Shown here: positions 20,383-30,432 of the stretch, piece by piece | How positions within the stretch are numbered: the first letter of the stretch is position 1 | How the letters are laid out: each line of letters opens with the position of its first letter | NCBI GenBank assembly: GCA_963840855.1 | Contig: CAWJBB010000040.1 | Span: 288,001-352,000, forward strand | DNA length: 64,000 bases | Reading direction: 5' to 3' | Origin: an uncultured delta proteobacterium | Lineage (GTDB): Bacteria > Desulfobacterota > Binatia > UBA9968 | Notes under the pieces: model-generated | Seen by the model: only the letters and a program-made list of their open reading frames with translations | Told to the model about the DNA's origin: nothing | Database searches by the model: none | Program-made: the position numbers and the translations under genes

Positions 20383-22056
20383 CTACTGGGTCACGGCACC
20401 TTCCGACGCCGACGAGACCAGTTTGGCATACTTCGCCATGACGCCGCTCTTGTAACGCGGCGGCGGAGCGCTCCAGTTGCGCAAACGCGCAGACATTTCT
20501 TCGGCGGAGATATCTACGTCGAGGCGGCGCGCCTTGATATCGAAAATCACCGTATCGCCATCGCGCACGGCGGCGATGGGGCCGCCGTGGGCCGCTTCGG
20601 GCGCAACATGACCGGCCATCAAGCCGTGGGTTGCACCGGAAAAGCGGCCGTCGGTGAGCAACGCGACCGAATCGCCTAATCCCGCGCCGACCAGCGCACC
20701 AGTCACGCCGAGCATCTCGCGCATTCCGGGTCCGCCTTTGGGTCCCTCATAACGGATGACAACGACATCATTATCTTTAATCTTGCCCGTCTGCACCGCT
20801 TGGAAGGCGTCCTCTTCGCGGTCAAAAACCCGCGCCGGTCCCTTGTGGATCATTCTTTCGTGACCGGCGACTTTGACGACGCAACCTGCCGGCGCCAGGT
20901 TGCCCTTGAGAATCACCAACCCGCCGGTGGATTTCAGCGGATTGGCCATCTGCCGCACAACCTCTTGGCCCGCGGTTTCCTTCGTTATCTCGACTGCCTC
21001 GCGGATGGTCTTGCCGGTCACGGTCATCGCGTCGCCGTGAATCAACCCGGCATCAACCAAGCGCTTGGCGACCAATTGAATCCCGCCGGCTTTATAAAGA
21101 TCGTTGGCGACGAATCGTCCGCCCGGCTTCAGATCGGCGATGAGCGGCGTGCGCTCGCTGATCCGGTCGAAATCATCGATGGTTAGTTCGACGCCCGCTT
21201 CGCGCGCGATGGCGAGCAAGTGCAAAACCGCATTGGTGGAACCACCGGTGGCGGCAACGGAAGCGATGGCATTTTCAATCGACCGCCGTGTGATGATTTG
21301 CGACGGGCGCAAGTCGCGCCGCAGCATGTCAACCACGAGCTTGCCGGCGTTGAACGCCGCTTCGTCTTTCTCTCCTACGGTGGCGGGAATACCGTTGCTG
21401 CCCAGCGGCGAGATGCCAAGAAATTCCATCACTGTGGACATAGTGTTGGCGGTGAACTGCCCACCGCAGGCGCCCGCGCCGGGGCAGGCGGTGTTTTCGA
21501 CCGCTCTGAACTGCTGCTCGTTGATGCGCCCGCTGGCGTAGGCGCCCACGGCTTCAAATACGTCTTGAATCGTCAGGTCCTTGTCATCCAGATGGCCCGG
21601 CGCGATGGAGCCGCCGTAGAGCGCAAGGCCAGGAATATCGAGGCGCGCCAGCGCCATGACGACGCCGGGGTTGGTTTTATCGCAACCGGAAAGACAGATG
21701 AGTCCGTCGAAGTGATTCCCCCGCGCGACCAATTCAATGGAATCGGCGATCACCTCGCGGCTGATAAGCGAGCACTTCATGCCCTCGACCCCCATGCTGA
21801 TGCCGTCGGAGATCGACACCGTATTGAACTCCATCGGCGTCGCGCCGGCGGCGCGGATGCCTTCTTTTACCTTGGCCGCCAGACGGCGCAAGTGCAAATT
21901 GCATGGGCCGATTTCGATCCAGGTATTGGCGACACCGATGATGGGACGCGACAAATCTTCGTCCGTAAACCCGGCCGCCTTCAGCATCGCCCGTGTCGGC
22001 GCGCGGTCCGGACCGTCGGTGATCACCCCGCTGCGCGGTTTCAGATTTTCCGCCAT
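20383..22056 (-). CDS. ilvD: Dihydroxy-acid dehydratase
   Basis: [43 protein letters not shown]. Confidence 0.96.
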   Translation of the reverse strand: MAENLKPRSGVITDGPDRAPTRAMLKAAGFTDEDLSRPIIGVANTWIEIGPCNLHLRRLAAKVKEGIRAAGATPMEFNTVSISDGISMGVEGMKCSLISREVIADSIELVARGNHFDGLICLSGCDKTNPGVVMALARLDIPGLALYGGSIAPGHLDDKDLTIQDVFEAVGAYASGRINEQQFRAVENTACPGAGACGGQFTANTMSTVMEFLGISPLGSNGIPATVGEKDEAAFNAGKLVVDMLRRDLRPSQIITRRSIENAIASVAATGGSTNAVLHLLAIAREAGVELTIDDFDRISERTPLIADLKPGGRFVANDLYKAGGIQLVAKRLVDAGLIHGDAMTVTGKTIREAVEITKETAGQEVVRQMANPLKSTGGLVILKGNLAPAGCVVKVAGHERMIHKGPARVFDREEDAFQAVQTGKIKDNDVVVIRYEGPKGGPGMREMLGVTGALVGAGLGDSVALLTDGRFSGATHGLMAGHVAPEAAHGGPIAAVRDGDTVIFDIKARRLDVDISAEEMSARLRNWSAPPPRYKSGVMAKYAKLVSSASEGAVTQ

Positions 22057-22266
22057 GAATGACTCCTTTATTTCCTATCCGTGTTTTCAACTTAACTATG
22101 CACCCTGAGCTTTGCAACCATACTTGTGGATGTGCCGGACCCTCACGCATTTATCTCACATCGGAAAAACAGCGGGCAATTACAAAGAAGCCTTGCCTTT
22201 TTCCAAAATACCCCCGGCCATTTTCAATACTCCGAGCGCTCGGCTATAATTACAACCGACCTGCTC

Positions 22267-23013
22267 ATGAAAAAACTCCTCGTTCTCCAGCATGTCGCCC
22301 ATGAGCTTCTCGGGACGTTAAATCCCCTGTTGAAGCAGTCGGGATTCCGCATCCGCTACGTAAACTTCGCGCGCCATCCGGATGCGCAACCGAGCTTGGA
22401 TGGCTACGGCGGCATGGTGATTTTGGGTGGACCGATGAGCGCAAATGATACGCATCAGTTGTCCCACCTGACGAGTGAGATGAAATTGATCGAAGAGGCC
22501 ATGCGGAGGGATCTGCCGGTGTTGGGGATCTGCCTGGGCGCTCAATTGGTCGCGAAAACGCTTGGCGCCGACGTTTACCCAAACAATGAAAAAGAAATCG
22601 GCTGGTATGACGTTTCCCCGACGGACGAGGCGAAAAACGATCCGCTGCTGGCTGAATTTCAAAGGATAGAGAAAATTTTTCAATGGCACGGGGATACATT
22701 TGACATCCCCAAAAGCGCCGTTCACCTCGCCCTGTCTTCCCTGTGTGCCAATCAGGCTTTTCGGTATGGCGCGAATGTCTATGGCCTTCAATTTCACCTA
22801 GAAGTCGACGAGCCGATGATTCATCGATGGCTTCGGGTCGCCGAAAACAAGAAAGAACTAACCGCCCTCGGCGGGAAGATCGATCCGCAGCGCATCCACC
22901 AGGAAACACCGGGTCACATGAGGAGACTCCATCAGTTGAGTGAGCGTGTTTTCGGTGAATTCATCAACCTGTTCGGCATCGGCAAGAAGTTTCGACAACT
23001 ACCCTCGCGCTGA
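22267..23013 (+). CDS. Class I glutamine amidotransferase-like protein
   Basis: LGGPMS, GICLGAQ, QWHGDTF, QFHLE. TATAAT at 22245 supports this start. Confidence 0.9.
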   Translation: MKKLLVLQHVAHELLGTLNPLLKQSGFRIRYVNFARHPDAQPSLDGYGGMVILGGPMSANDTHQLSHLTSEMKLIEEAMRRDLPVLGICLGAQLVAKTLGADVYPNNEKEIGWYDVSPTDEAKNDPLLAEFQRIEKIFQWHGDTFDIPKSAVHLALSSLCANQAFRYGANVYGLQFHLEVDEPMIHRWLRVAENKKELTALGGKIDPQRIHQETPGHMRRLHQLSERVFGEFINLFGIGKKFRQLPSR

Positions 23014-23032
23014 CTGGCGCGACGGCGCGTGC

Positions 23033-23147
23033 GGTTCAACGGCTTCGCCAGTTCAAGGTTCAAGGTTCAAAGTTTAACGTCCCCACGTCCCAACCTTGAA
23101 CCCGGAACTTTGAACCGCGCCGAAGGCGCCACATTGGACTTTGAACG
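23033..23147. repeat. Inverted heptamer repeat (GTTCAAG)n...(CTTGAAC)n
   Basis: Between convergent GATase and MFS genes. Confidence 0.8.
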
Positions 23148-23169
23148 CCAACCTGGAATGCGCTACCGA

Positions 23170-24381
23170 TTATCGCCCCGCTATTTGATAGTCCCGCACA
23201 TGCGGGAATCTGAAAACCAGCAGCGCGACGATGAGCAGAATCGCCCACCCGCCGCTCATGGTAGCCAGCTCCGCGCCGACGAGGGCGGCCAGCGCTCCCG
23301 CTTCGAATTGCCCCAGCTGCGGCCCGCAGTTGGTAAAAAGACTGTTTATCGATGACATTCGGCCGCGCAATTCATCGGGTGTCGCGAGCTGATTGATCGT
23401 CGACCGCATGATGGCGCTGATCGTGTCGCCGATGCCTGAAATCGCCAGTAGAAACACGGAAAACCAAAATACCTGAGAGGTTGCGAACAGAACGATCGAA
23501 AGCCCATAGACCGTCACACCGGCCAGTATCCACGCGCCGGCGCGGCGCGTGCGCCCGATAAAGCTCAAGCCGATGGCTCCGGTCAACGAGCCAAATGCGG
23601 ATGCCGCGTAAAGAATCCCCAGCCCCCGGGGACCGACGGAGAGAATATCTTTAGCGTAGATCGGCAACAAAGCCCGCACCGTGCCAAAAATATTGGCGCC
23701 GAAATCCATGACCAGCAGCGGAAAAATCACCGCGTGATTCAACACAAAGCTGAAACCGGCACGAAGGGATTCGAAGGAGACCGCGCGCCGTCCTTCGCCC
23801 TCCGGCAATGGCGTTCTAATCGACAATACCGAGACAAACATGATGAGCCATGAAACGGCGTCGATTGCGTAGCAGATAGCGGGTCCCCACGCCGCTATCA
23901 TCACGCCCGCTGCCGCCGGTCCGGCGATCGTCGCGACGTGACGTTGCGAGTTATAGATCGCCAGCGCCGCCGCGAGGTCTTCTCGCGGAACCAGGTTCGA
24001 GACAATCGAATGGCGCGCCGGCGCTTCCAACGAGCTGAACAACGCCAAAGCGACGGTCGCCGCATACAAGGTCGGCGGCGTTGTCTTTTCAGTGAAGGTC
24101 GAGAACGCAAGAGCCGCGGAAACCACGAGCAGAATCGACTGCGTGCACAAGATCACCTTGCGGCGATTGAGCGCATCGGCTAGAAGCCCGCCGAAAAGCA
24201 GCATGGCAACCTGCGGCACGCCACGGGCCAATCCCATGAACCCCAGCTGCAGCGGCGAGTTAGTCAGCTCATAGATTTGCCACGCTATCGCCATGGTGGT
24301 GAACTGGCTGCCGACGCTGGACAACAGCAAACCGCCCCAGAAAATACGGTAGTCGCGGTGGCGGAGCGGGGAAAGTAGCAT
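23170..24381 (-). CDS. MFS transporter (EntS/DHA3-like)
   Basis: About 12 TM helices, GLLADALNRR motif A, PDELRGR. Confidence 0.9.
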   Translation of the reverse strand: MLLSPLRHRDYRIFWGGLLLSSVGSQFTTMAIAWQIYELTNSPLQLGFMGLARGVPQVAMLLFGGLLADALNRRKVILCTQSILLVVSAALAFSTFTEKTTPPTLYAATVALALFSSLEAPARHSIVSNLVPREDLAAALAIYNSQRHVATIAGPAAAGVMIAAWGPAICYAIDAVSWLIMFVSVLSIRTPLPEGEGRRAVSFESLRAGFSFVLNHAVIFPLLVMDFGANIFGTVRALLPIYAKDILSVGPRGLGILYAASAFGSLTGAIGLSFIGRTRRAGAWILAGVTVYGLSIVLFATSQVFWFSVFLLAISGIGDTISAIMRSTINQLATPDELRGRMSSINSLFTNCGPQLGQFEAGALAALVGAELATMSGGWAILLIVALLVFRFPHVRDYQIAGR

Positions 24382-24419
24382 GAGGCAGTGGGTTCAACGC
24401 GATCCGACGCAAGGCGTCT

Positions 24420-24459
24420 CGTTCAAGACGTTCAAACCGTTCAAGCCGTTCAAGTCGTT
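24420..24459. repeat. 9-mer tandem repeat (CGTTCAARN)x4
   Basis: gttcaagac gttcaaacc gttcaagcc gttcaagtc. Confidence 0.8.
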
Positions 24460-24504
24460 ATCGGAGCGCAACCAGCCTCGCAAACAGACATTTCCGGCGC
24501 CTAT

Positions 24505-25326
24505 TCACTTTTGGCAGGTCGGGCAATAAAAAGCGCTGCGGTTACCGATGGCGACCCGCTTGATGACGCTCGGACAGAGGCGGCACTTTTCTCCGTCTCT
24601 GTCATACACCCGCAGATGGTTCTGAAATTCCCCGGATTTGTCATCGGCATCGCGATAATCGGAAAACGACGTGCCGCACCAGCGAATCGCGTCGCCAAGC
24701 AGGTCTGGGATCGCGACCGCAATCCCGTGAACTTGTTTACGCGTCAATCGATGAGCACGTGCGGTCGGTTTGATTCCGGTCAGGGATAGGATTTCATTGG
24801 CGTAGATGTTGCCCAGGCCGCCAACGATTTGCTGGTCGACCAAGAGATCGCGGATGCGCCGCTCCGAGGCGCGCGTGAAACGAAACAGATATTCGCCGTT
24901 TAGCGCCGGATCGAAGGGGTCCAATCCGACATGGCGCAGCTGCGGTAATTCAAGCAGCCGATCTTTTTTCGCCACTAACGACAAGCCAAAACGGCGCGGA
25001 TCGTGATAGCGCAATTCACCGCCGCCGTCCAAGTCGACGATGATGTGATCGTGTTTCTGGCGCGCCGTATTCGGTGCGACACAAATCAGTTTGCCCGACA
25101 TGCCGAGGTGAAAAACCCAAACGTTGTCTCCCGATAGGTTGAGCAAAATATATTTGGCGAGGCGCGAAATCGTATCGACCCGTTTACCGGCCAATGACTT
25201 GAGCCCCTTTTCGTCCACCCGCACGCGCAGGCGCGGCTCCAGGACTCGGACTCGGCGAATCGTTCGGCCCAAAAGGTGCGGCCGCAAGCTGCGGCACACC
25301 GTTTCAACTTCGGGAAGTTCGGGCAT
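24505..25326 (-). CDS. mutM: Formamidopyrimidine-DNA glycosylase
   Basis: MPELPEVE, HLGMSG, DPRRFG, GLGNIYA, C-terminal zinc finger. Confidence 0.97.
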   Translation of the reverse strand: MPELPEVETVCRSLRPHLLGRTIRRVRVLEPRLRVRVDEKGLKSLAGKRVDTISRLAKYILLNLSGDNVWVFHLGMSGKLICVAPNTARQKHDHIIVDLDGGGELRYHDPRRFGLSLVAKKDRLLELPQLRHVGLDPFDPALNGEYLFRFTRASERRIRDLLVDQQIVGGLGNIYANEILSLTGIKPTARAHRLTRKQVHGIAVAIPDLLGDAIRWCGTSFSDYRDADDKSGEFQNHLRVYDRDGEKCRLCPSVIKRVAIGNRSAFYCPTCQK

Positions 25327-25332
25327 GGCTTT

Positions 25333-26199
25333 TTAGCAATCGACTTTCGGCGGCAGCAGTCCAGAATCGTTCAGCGCCCGGGAAAGATTGACAAATTCAT
25401 CGATGCTCAGCGTTTCACCGCGTCGTTTCGGGTCGATATCGCGGGTGCGAAGATAACCATCGATATCTTCCCGGCTTTGCCTTAGCCAAGTCTTCATCGT
25501 GTTGCCAAGCGTCTTTCGTCGTTGTCCGAAGGCCGCGCGCAACAAGTCGCGCAAAACCAAGCGCTCTCGCTCGGTCAGTCGCGGCTCCGGCAGCAACTCG
25601 ATTTTCAACACCGTCGATCTAACTTTCGGCCGTGGCGAAAATGCCTCCGGCGCCACCGACACTTTATCGACAACCCGCCCGTGAACCTGGCACCAGACCG
25701 ACAGAGTCCCATAGGACTTGGTTCCGGGCCGGCTGGCGATTCGGTCGGCCACTTCCTTCTGTACCATCAAAACCAACGAGGAAAAATGCTCCCGCGCTTG
25801 GAGCAGGCGAAAAAACACCTGCGTCGAAATGTTATAAGGCAAATTGGCGGCGAGTTTGACCTTCTTCGCCGGCAGTAAATCGTCCAGGGGCACATTCAAT
25901 ATATCCCCATGAACTAGACGCAAACGGGAATCGGAACCCAAGGGGCTGCGTTTGATTCTCTCTACCAGCAGATCATCCACCTCGACGGCATAAACCCGAT
26001 TCGCCAGCTCAACCAGACGACGAGTCAAAAAACCAAGCCCCGGACCGATCTCCAGCACGTCATCATCAGATCTGAGATCGAGGAGTCGCAGGATCGAATC
26101 GATAACGCGCTCGTGAATGAGAAAGTTCTGACCAAGCCGCTTCCTCGGCCGGAATTGAGACTCCCGCAGCGCCGCCCGCACTTCTTCATAGAGGGTCAT
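25333..26199 (-). CDS. rsmA: 16S rRNA dimethyladenosine transferase
   Basis: LGQNFL, EIGPGLG, ANLPYNI, MVQKEVA. Confidence 0.96.
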   Translation of the reverse strand: MTLYEEVRAALRESQFRPRKRLGQNFLIHERVIDSILRLLDLRSDDDVLEIGPGLGFLTRRLVELANRVYAVEVDDLLVERIKRSPLGSDSRLRLVHGDILNVPLDDLLPAKKVKLAANLPYNISTQVFFRLLQAREHFSSLVLMVQKEVADRIASRPGTKSYGTLSVWCQVHGRVVDKVSVAPEAFSPRPKVRSTVLKIELLPEPRLTERERLVLRDLLRAAFGQRRKTLGNTMKTWLRQSREDIDGYLRTRDIDPKRRGETLSIDEFVNLSRALNDSGLLPPKVDC

Positions 26200-26211
26200 C
26201 GCGATCCCTGG

Positions 26212-26236
26212 AACGATTGAACCTTGAACTTTGAAC
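26212..26236. repeat. Heptamer repeat (TTGAACY)
   Basis: Between tsaD and rsmA. Confidence 0.7.
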
Positions 26237-26240
26237 AAAA

Positions 26241-27230
26241 TTAGAGCGTCAGATCGGCGTCGGCGTTAAGACGATAGTCGTCGCGGCGCCCGCGCGTGAG
26301 CCACTCATAACCGGCCAGAGCGATCATCGCGCCGTTGTCGGTGCAGAACTTCGGCGCGGGAAAAAACGTCTCGATATTATCAGCGCCGGCTTTTTCCTTC
26401 ATTTTCGCCCGAAGCCGGCTATTGGCCGCAACACCCCCGGACAGTACGATGCGCTCCACGCCCGTGGCACGGGCCGCCTTGATCGTCGGCTGCACCAACA
26501 TGTCTACCACGGCCTCTTGAAAACTTGCGGCGATGTCCTCCCGACGGCCCGCCTCCGCCGCAGATTTCAGATAGTGCCACACGGCAGTCTTGATGCCACT
26601 AAAGCTGAACTCGTAGCTGTCTTTTTGAAATCGCGCCCGTGGAAAACGGATAGCGGCATGATCGCCGTTTTTCGCCAGTTCGTCGATGATTCGGCCGCCC
26701 GGATAACCAAGTCCCATCGTTTTCGCCACCTTGTCGAAGGCTTCCCCCGCTGCGTCGTCGCGCGTGCCGCCGAGAAAAAGATATTGGCCGACATCCTTCA
26801 CACAATAAAGCAACGTATGCCCGCCCGACGCCAATAAAGCTATATACGGGAATTGTACCGTTTGCTCCAGTTGAATCGCCAGAAGATGGGCTTCCAAATG
26901 ATTGACGCCCACGTACGGGATGCCCCAGCGAAACGCGAGGCCCTTGGCCAACGAAAGCCCCACCAGTAGCGAGCCGACGAGTCCCGGACCGTAGGTGACG
27001 GCGATGCCACCAATTTCGGGAAACTTGACACCGGCGTTTTGCAGCGCGGCGTCGATGATGGGCAAAATATTCTGGCTATGCTGGCGCGACGCCAGCTCCG
27101 GCACCACGCCGCCGTAAGGACCATGCACATGGTCTTGCGAGGAGACTACATTGGCGAGAATCTCACGGCCGTCGCGCAAGAGCGCCACGGCTGTATCGTC
27201 GCAGGAAGTTTCAACACCGAGGACCAACAT
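26241..27230 (-). CDS. tsaD: tRNA t6A37 threonylcarbamoyltransferase TsaD
   Basis: ETSCDDT, GGVVPE, HLEAH, SGGHT, DDAAGEAFDK, TDNGAMIA. Confidence 0.97.
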   Translation of the reverse strand: MLVLGVETSCDDTAVALLRDGREILANVVSSQDHVHGPYGGVVPELASRQHSQNILPIIDAALQNAGVKFPEIGGIAVTYGPGLVGSLLVGLSLAKGLAFRWGIPYVGVNHLEAHLLAIQLEQTVQFPYIALLASGGHTLLYCVKDVGQYLFLGGTRDDAAGEAFDKVAKTMGLGYPGGRIIDELAKNGDHAAIRFPRARFQKDSYEFSFSGIKTAVWHYLKSAAEAGRREDIAASFQEAVVDMLVQPTIKAARATGVERIVLSGGVAANSRLRAKMKEKAGADNIETFFPAPKFCTDNGAMIALAGYEWLTRGRRDDYRLNADADLTL

Positions 27231-27242
27231 GGAAATCTTTTT

Positions 27243-28001
27243 TCAGCGCGGCACAGCGACAGGGTTGCCCGTTGAGCGGGATAGCGCTTCGACCGCCGTG
27301 CGGTTGCCGGGGTTGATGCTTAACGCTCTGCTGAAGCTCGCCTCGGCGCGCTCCGTCATGCCTAGGGCGCGGAAATTTTCGCCCCTGAGCGCGTGCACTT
27401 CGGCGAGCCAGTAAGGCTCAGCTGCCAGACGAGATTCGGTGACATCGAGAAAGTTGAGCGACTCTTTATAACGCCCAAGCTTGTGATGCGCTCTGGCGAG
27501 ATAGAAGTAGCCGTAGGGGTTCGTGGAGTCGATGGTGATACTCTGCTCTAATCGCTGCAGCCCTTTGGCGGGGGCTCCGGCATCGATGAGCTTCCTGCCT
27601 TCTTCCGTAAGCCGGAGCGATGCGGCGCGTTGTGGCGGGATGCCAGGAGTGATCTTCGCAAGCAACGAACTGTCATCCGGCAACGGCGGTGGCTGCCCGG
27701 GCTGCGCCGGGATGCCGGTCGGCGCCGGCGCCGCCGGTATATCCTTGAGAACGCGCTTGGTGCTCGTTCCCGTGGTCGGCAGGTTTTGCTCTTTAATCTT
27801 GGGGTCCTCTGGGAACGGCTTGCGAATCGATTCCTGAACTGGCGGCAGCTGGGGCAGAGGAGCGGGGTCCGGCGCGCGGCTGATCGGCGGCGGCGCACGG
27901 TATATCGGACGCGGCGCGCAGCTTTGCGCTGCGCCGACCGAGATTAACAACGCGATTCCCGCCGAAATCTTCCCGGCGTATATGTTTTTAAGCGCACCCA
28001 C
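27243..28001 (-). CDS. TPR lipoprotein with Pro-rich linker (LpoP-like)
   Basis: Signal plus AQSC, Pro-rich region, C-terminal TPRs; directly after mrcB. Confidence 0.7.
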   Translation of the reverse strand: MGALKNIYAGKISAGIALLISVGAAQSCAPRPIYRAPPPISRAPDPAPLPQLPPVQESIRKPFPEDPKIKEQNLPTTGTSTKRVLKDIPAAPAPTGIPAQPGQPPPLPDDSSLLAKITPGIPPQRAASLRLTEEGRKLIDAGAPAKGLQRLEQSITIDSTNPYGYFYLARAHHKLGRYKESLNFLDVTESRLAAEPYWLAEVHALRGENFRALGMTERAEASFSRALSINPGNRTAVEALSRSTGNPVAVPR

Positions 28002-28010
28002 CTAATTGCA

Positions 28011-30323
28011 TCACCAAAACTTCCAGGTTTGTAAAGGCGTCGAGTGCAACGGACAGGTACCGCGCGGCTCATCGCCTTCCTGGAACGCCTCGCGGATTAC
28101 ATTGGGACAGTTCGGCGTCGCCAGCTGACCACTCAATGGATCGATATCCACCATCTTGATACCGGGCGGTGCGATGAAATCGGAGATCGGCATCCCCGCC
28201 GTGGCCTGCTTCATGAACTCCGTCCAGATGGGCAGCGCTGCTTGGGCGCCGGTAAGTCCCAACTTACTCTGGTTGTCGAAACCGACCCAGACAACTGCCA
28301 AAAGATCCGGCGTGTAGCCTACGAACCAGGCGTCTTTATTATCGTTCGTTGTGCCGGTCTTGCCAGCCGCGGGCCGGGTAAAACCCAACCGCCGCGCGCT
28401 TTCTGCTGTGCCGCGATCAAAAACGCCCTTGAGAAGATGATTGATTGTAAAAGCCGCTTGAGGAGACAGGATCTTTTCCACCCGCACATCGCGCTTCTCG
28501 AGCACCTGCCCGCTTGGATCCATCACCTGTTTGACTGATAGCGGACGCGTCCGCACGCCGTTGTTGGCGAGAGTCGAAAACGCCACCGCAACCTCCAACG
28601 GCGTCACCTCCACCGCACCCAACGCCAGCGACGGCAATGCCGGCAAAGAAGATTCAATGCCAAGGCGTTGGGCCAAATCGCGCACGCGCTTGATTCCCAC
28701 GTCCCGCGCCACCCTGGCGGTGGCGGAGTTCAGCGATTTTTCCAGGGCGCGCCGAAAAGTCGCCGTGCCGAGATATTCGTCATTATAGTTGCCCGGCTTC
28801 CACTCTTGGTTTTCATAGTTCCAGATAAATGGCGAGTCTTCCAGCATAGTCACCGGAGTGAATCTACTGCCGCTTTCGGCGCCAAACATGAGCGCCGCTA
28901 AATAGACAAAAGGTTTGAATACAGACCCCGGCTGGCGCTTGGCCTGAAAGCCACGGTTGAATTGCGAGATTTGGTAGCTGCGTCCTCCCACCATCGCCTT
29001 GATTTCACCGGTCTGCGGCCGGATGACGATAATTGCTCCTTCCAATTTATCGCCCTCGCCTTTGCGCCGCAGCGAGGCATAAGTTTCTTCCAGCTTCTTA
29101 AGTCCGTCAGTGAGGGCGCGCTCGGCGATTTTCTGAAGGTACAAGTCTAGACCGCTAAAAATCCGCAGCCCGTCTGTAGTCAACACCGCGTTTGAATAGT
29201 TCTCGGCGAGCTCGCGCCGCAGAAAATCCGCGTAGTACGGCGCGTCATTGGTGACCTTCACCAGCTCGCGTCGGACCACCGGCTCTTTGATCGCCGCGTT
29301 GTATTGCTTGAGAGTAATTACCTTATCGTCCTGGAGCTTCGCCAGCACGACGTTTCGGCGCTTAGTGGCCTCTGCCACGCTGCGATAGGGCGATAAGCGG
29401 TTGGGCGCGCGAATCAAACCGGCCAGTATCGCGATTTCGCCCACCGTAAGCTCCGCCAGTGGCTTGGAGAAATAAAACTTCGCCGCCTCAGAAACGCCGA
29501 AGATTCCCTGGGACCCCTTCTGCCCCATGTAGATCTCGTTGAGATAGTTTTCCAGAATCTCGTTTTTGGAATATTTACTTTCCGCGATGAACGCCATCAC
29601 CGCTTCCTTGACTTTGCGGGTAAGCGTACGTTCGTCGCTGAGAAAGAAGTTTTTCATCAACTGTTGGGTCAGCGTGCTGCCGCCTTGCACGACCCCGGCG
29701 CTGCGCAGATTGATCCATGTCGCGCGCAATATCGACACGGGATCGACGCCGTGATGCTGGTAGAAGCGCTCGTCCTCGATGGCAAGAATCGCTTTGATCA
29801 ATAAAGGCGGAACTTCCTTGAGCGAAACCACCCGGCGCTCCTGCCAAATATTGTCATAGAGTCCGGTAATAAGTTCCGGTTCCAGCTCCAGGGAAAATAT
29901 CTCTCCGCCGTCGACGATGTTTTCGATGCGCGTGATAACCGATCCTTGCAACGCAATGCGGACGGGATGCCCCTTGAAAGCTTCGGTGGGATAAACGAAG
30001 TCCTGAAGATAAATCTCCAAAAGCCCCTGCGACGACTGATAACGGTACTCTCCCTTGCTTTTGGGCGCCCCCTGAACCTCATGGTAACCGAGGCGGCGCA
30101 GTTTTTCTTTTAGCTCCTCGGGACGCAAACTGATACCGACGTAAAGAAGGTAACTATCGGAATAGATTTTCGAGGGCAGGCGCCACTTCTTCCCTTCAAA
30201 TTTTTCCGCTACGATTTTCTCCCAGTCTTTGAGATACCATCCGCCGAATACAATCCCGGTGGTGGTAATGACGAGCAGAGTAATGAGGGACGCGCTAAAG
30301 ATTCTGAGGTTGGACTTGTTCAA
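28011..30323 (-). CDS. mrcB: Penicillin-binding protein 1B
   Basis: UB2H-like region, EDERFYQH.GVD, GGSTLTQQ, SVFK, SLN, KTGT. Confidence 0.93.
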   Translation of the reverse strand: MNKSNLRIFSASLITLLVITTTGIVFGGWYLKDWEKIVAEKFEGKKWRLPSKIYSDSYLLYVGISLRPEELKEKLRRLGYHEVQGAPKSKGEYRYQSSQGLLEIYLQDFVYPTEAFKGHPVRIALQGSVITRIENIVDGGEIFSLELEPELITGLYDNIWQERRVVSLKEVPPLLIKAILAIEDERFYQHHGVDPVSILRATWINLRSAGVVQGGSTLTQQLMKNFFLSDERTLTRKVKEAVMAFIAESKYSKNEILENYLNEIYMGQKGSQGIFGVSEAAKFYFSKPLAELTVGEIAILAGLIRAPNRLSPYRSVAEATKRRNVVLAKLQDDKVITLKQYNAAIKEPVVRRELVKVTNDAPYYADFLRRELAENYSNAVLTTDGLRIFSGLDLYLQKIAERALTDGLKKLEETYASLRRKGEGDKLEGAIIVIRPQTGEIKAMVGGRSYQISQFNRGFQAKRQPGSVFKPFVYLAALMFGAESGSRFTPVTMLEDSPFIWNYENQEWKPGNYNDEYLGTATFRRALEKSLNSATARVARDVGIKRVRDLAQRLGIESSLPALPSLALGAVEVTPLEVAVAFSTLANNGVRTRPLSVKQVMDPSGQVLEKRDVRVEKILSPQAAFTINHLLKGVFDRGTAESARRLGFTRPAAGKTGTTNDNKDAWFVGYTPDLLAVVWVGFDNQSKLGLTGAQAALPIWTEFMKQATAGMPISDFIAPPGIKMVDIDPLSGQLATPNCPNVIREAFQEGDEPRGTCPLHSTPLQTWKFW

Positions 30324-30432
30324 ACCAGAGTCTCCGCAACAGCCTTAATAATCACGCAGATTCCGGCTAAAAGCAACGCGCGCGCTCGGCCACAGCGCGG
30401 CCCGGCGCGATGTCGTGAAAGAAATGAAATGA

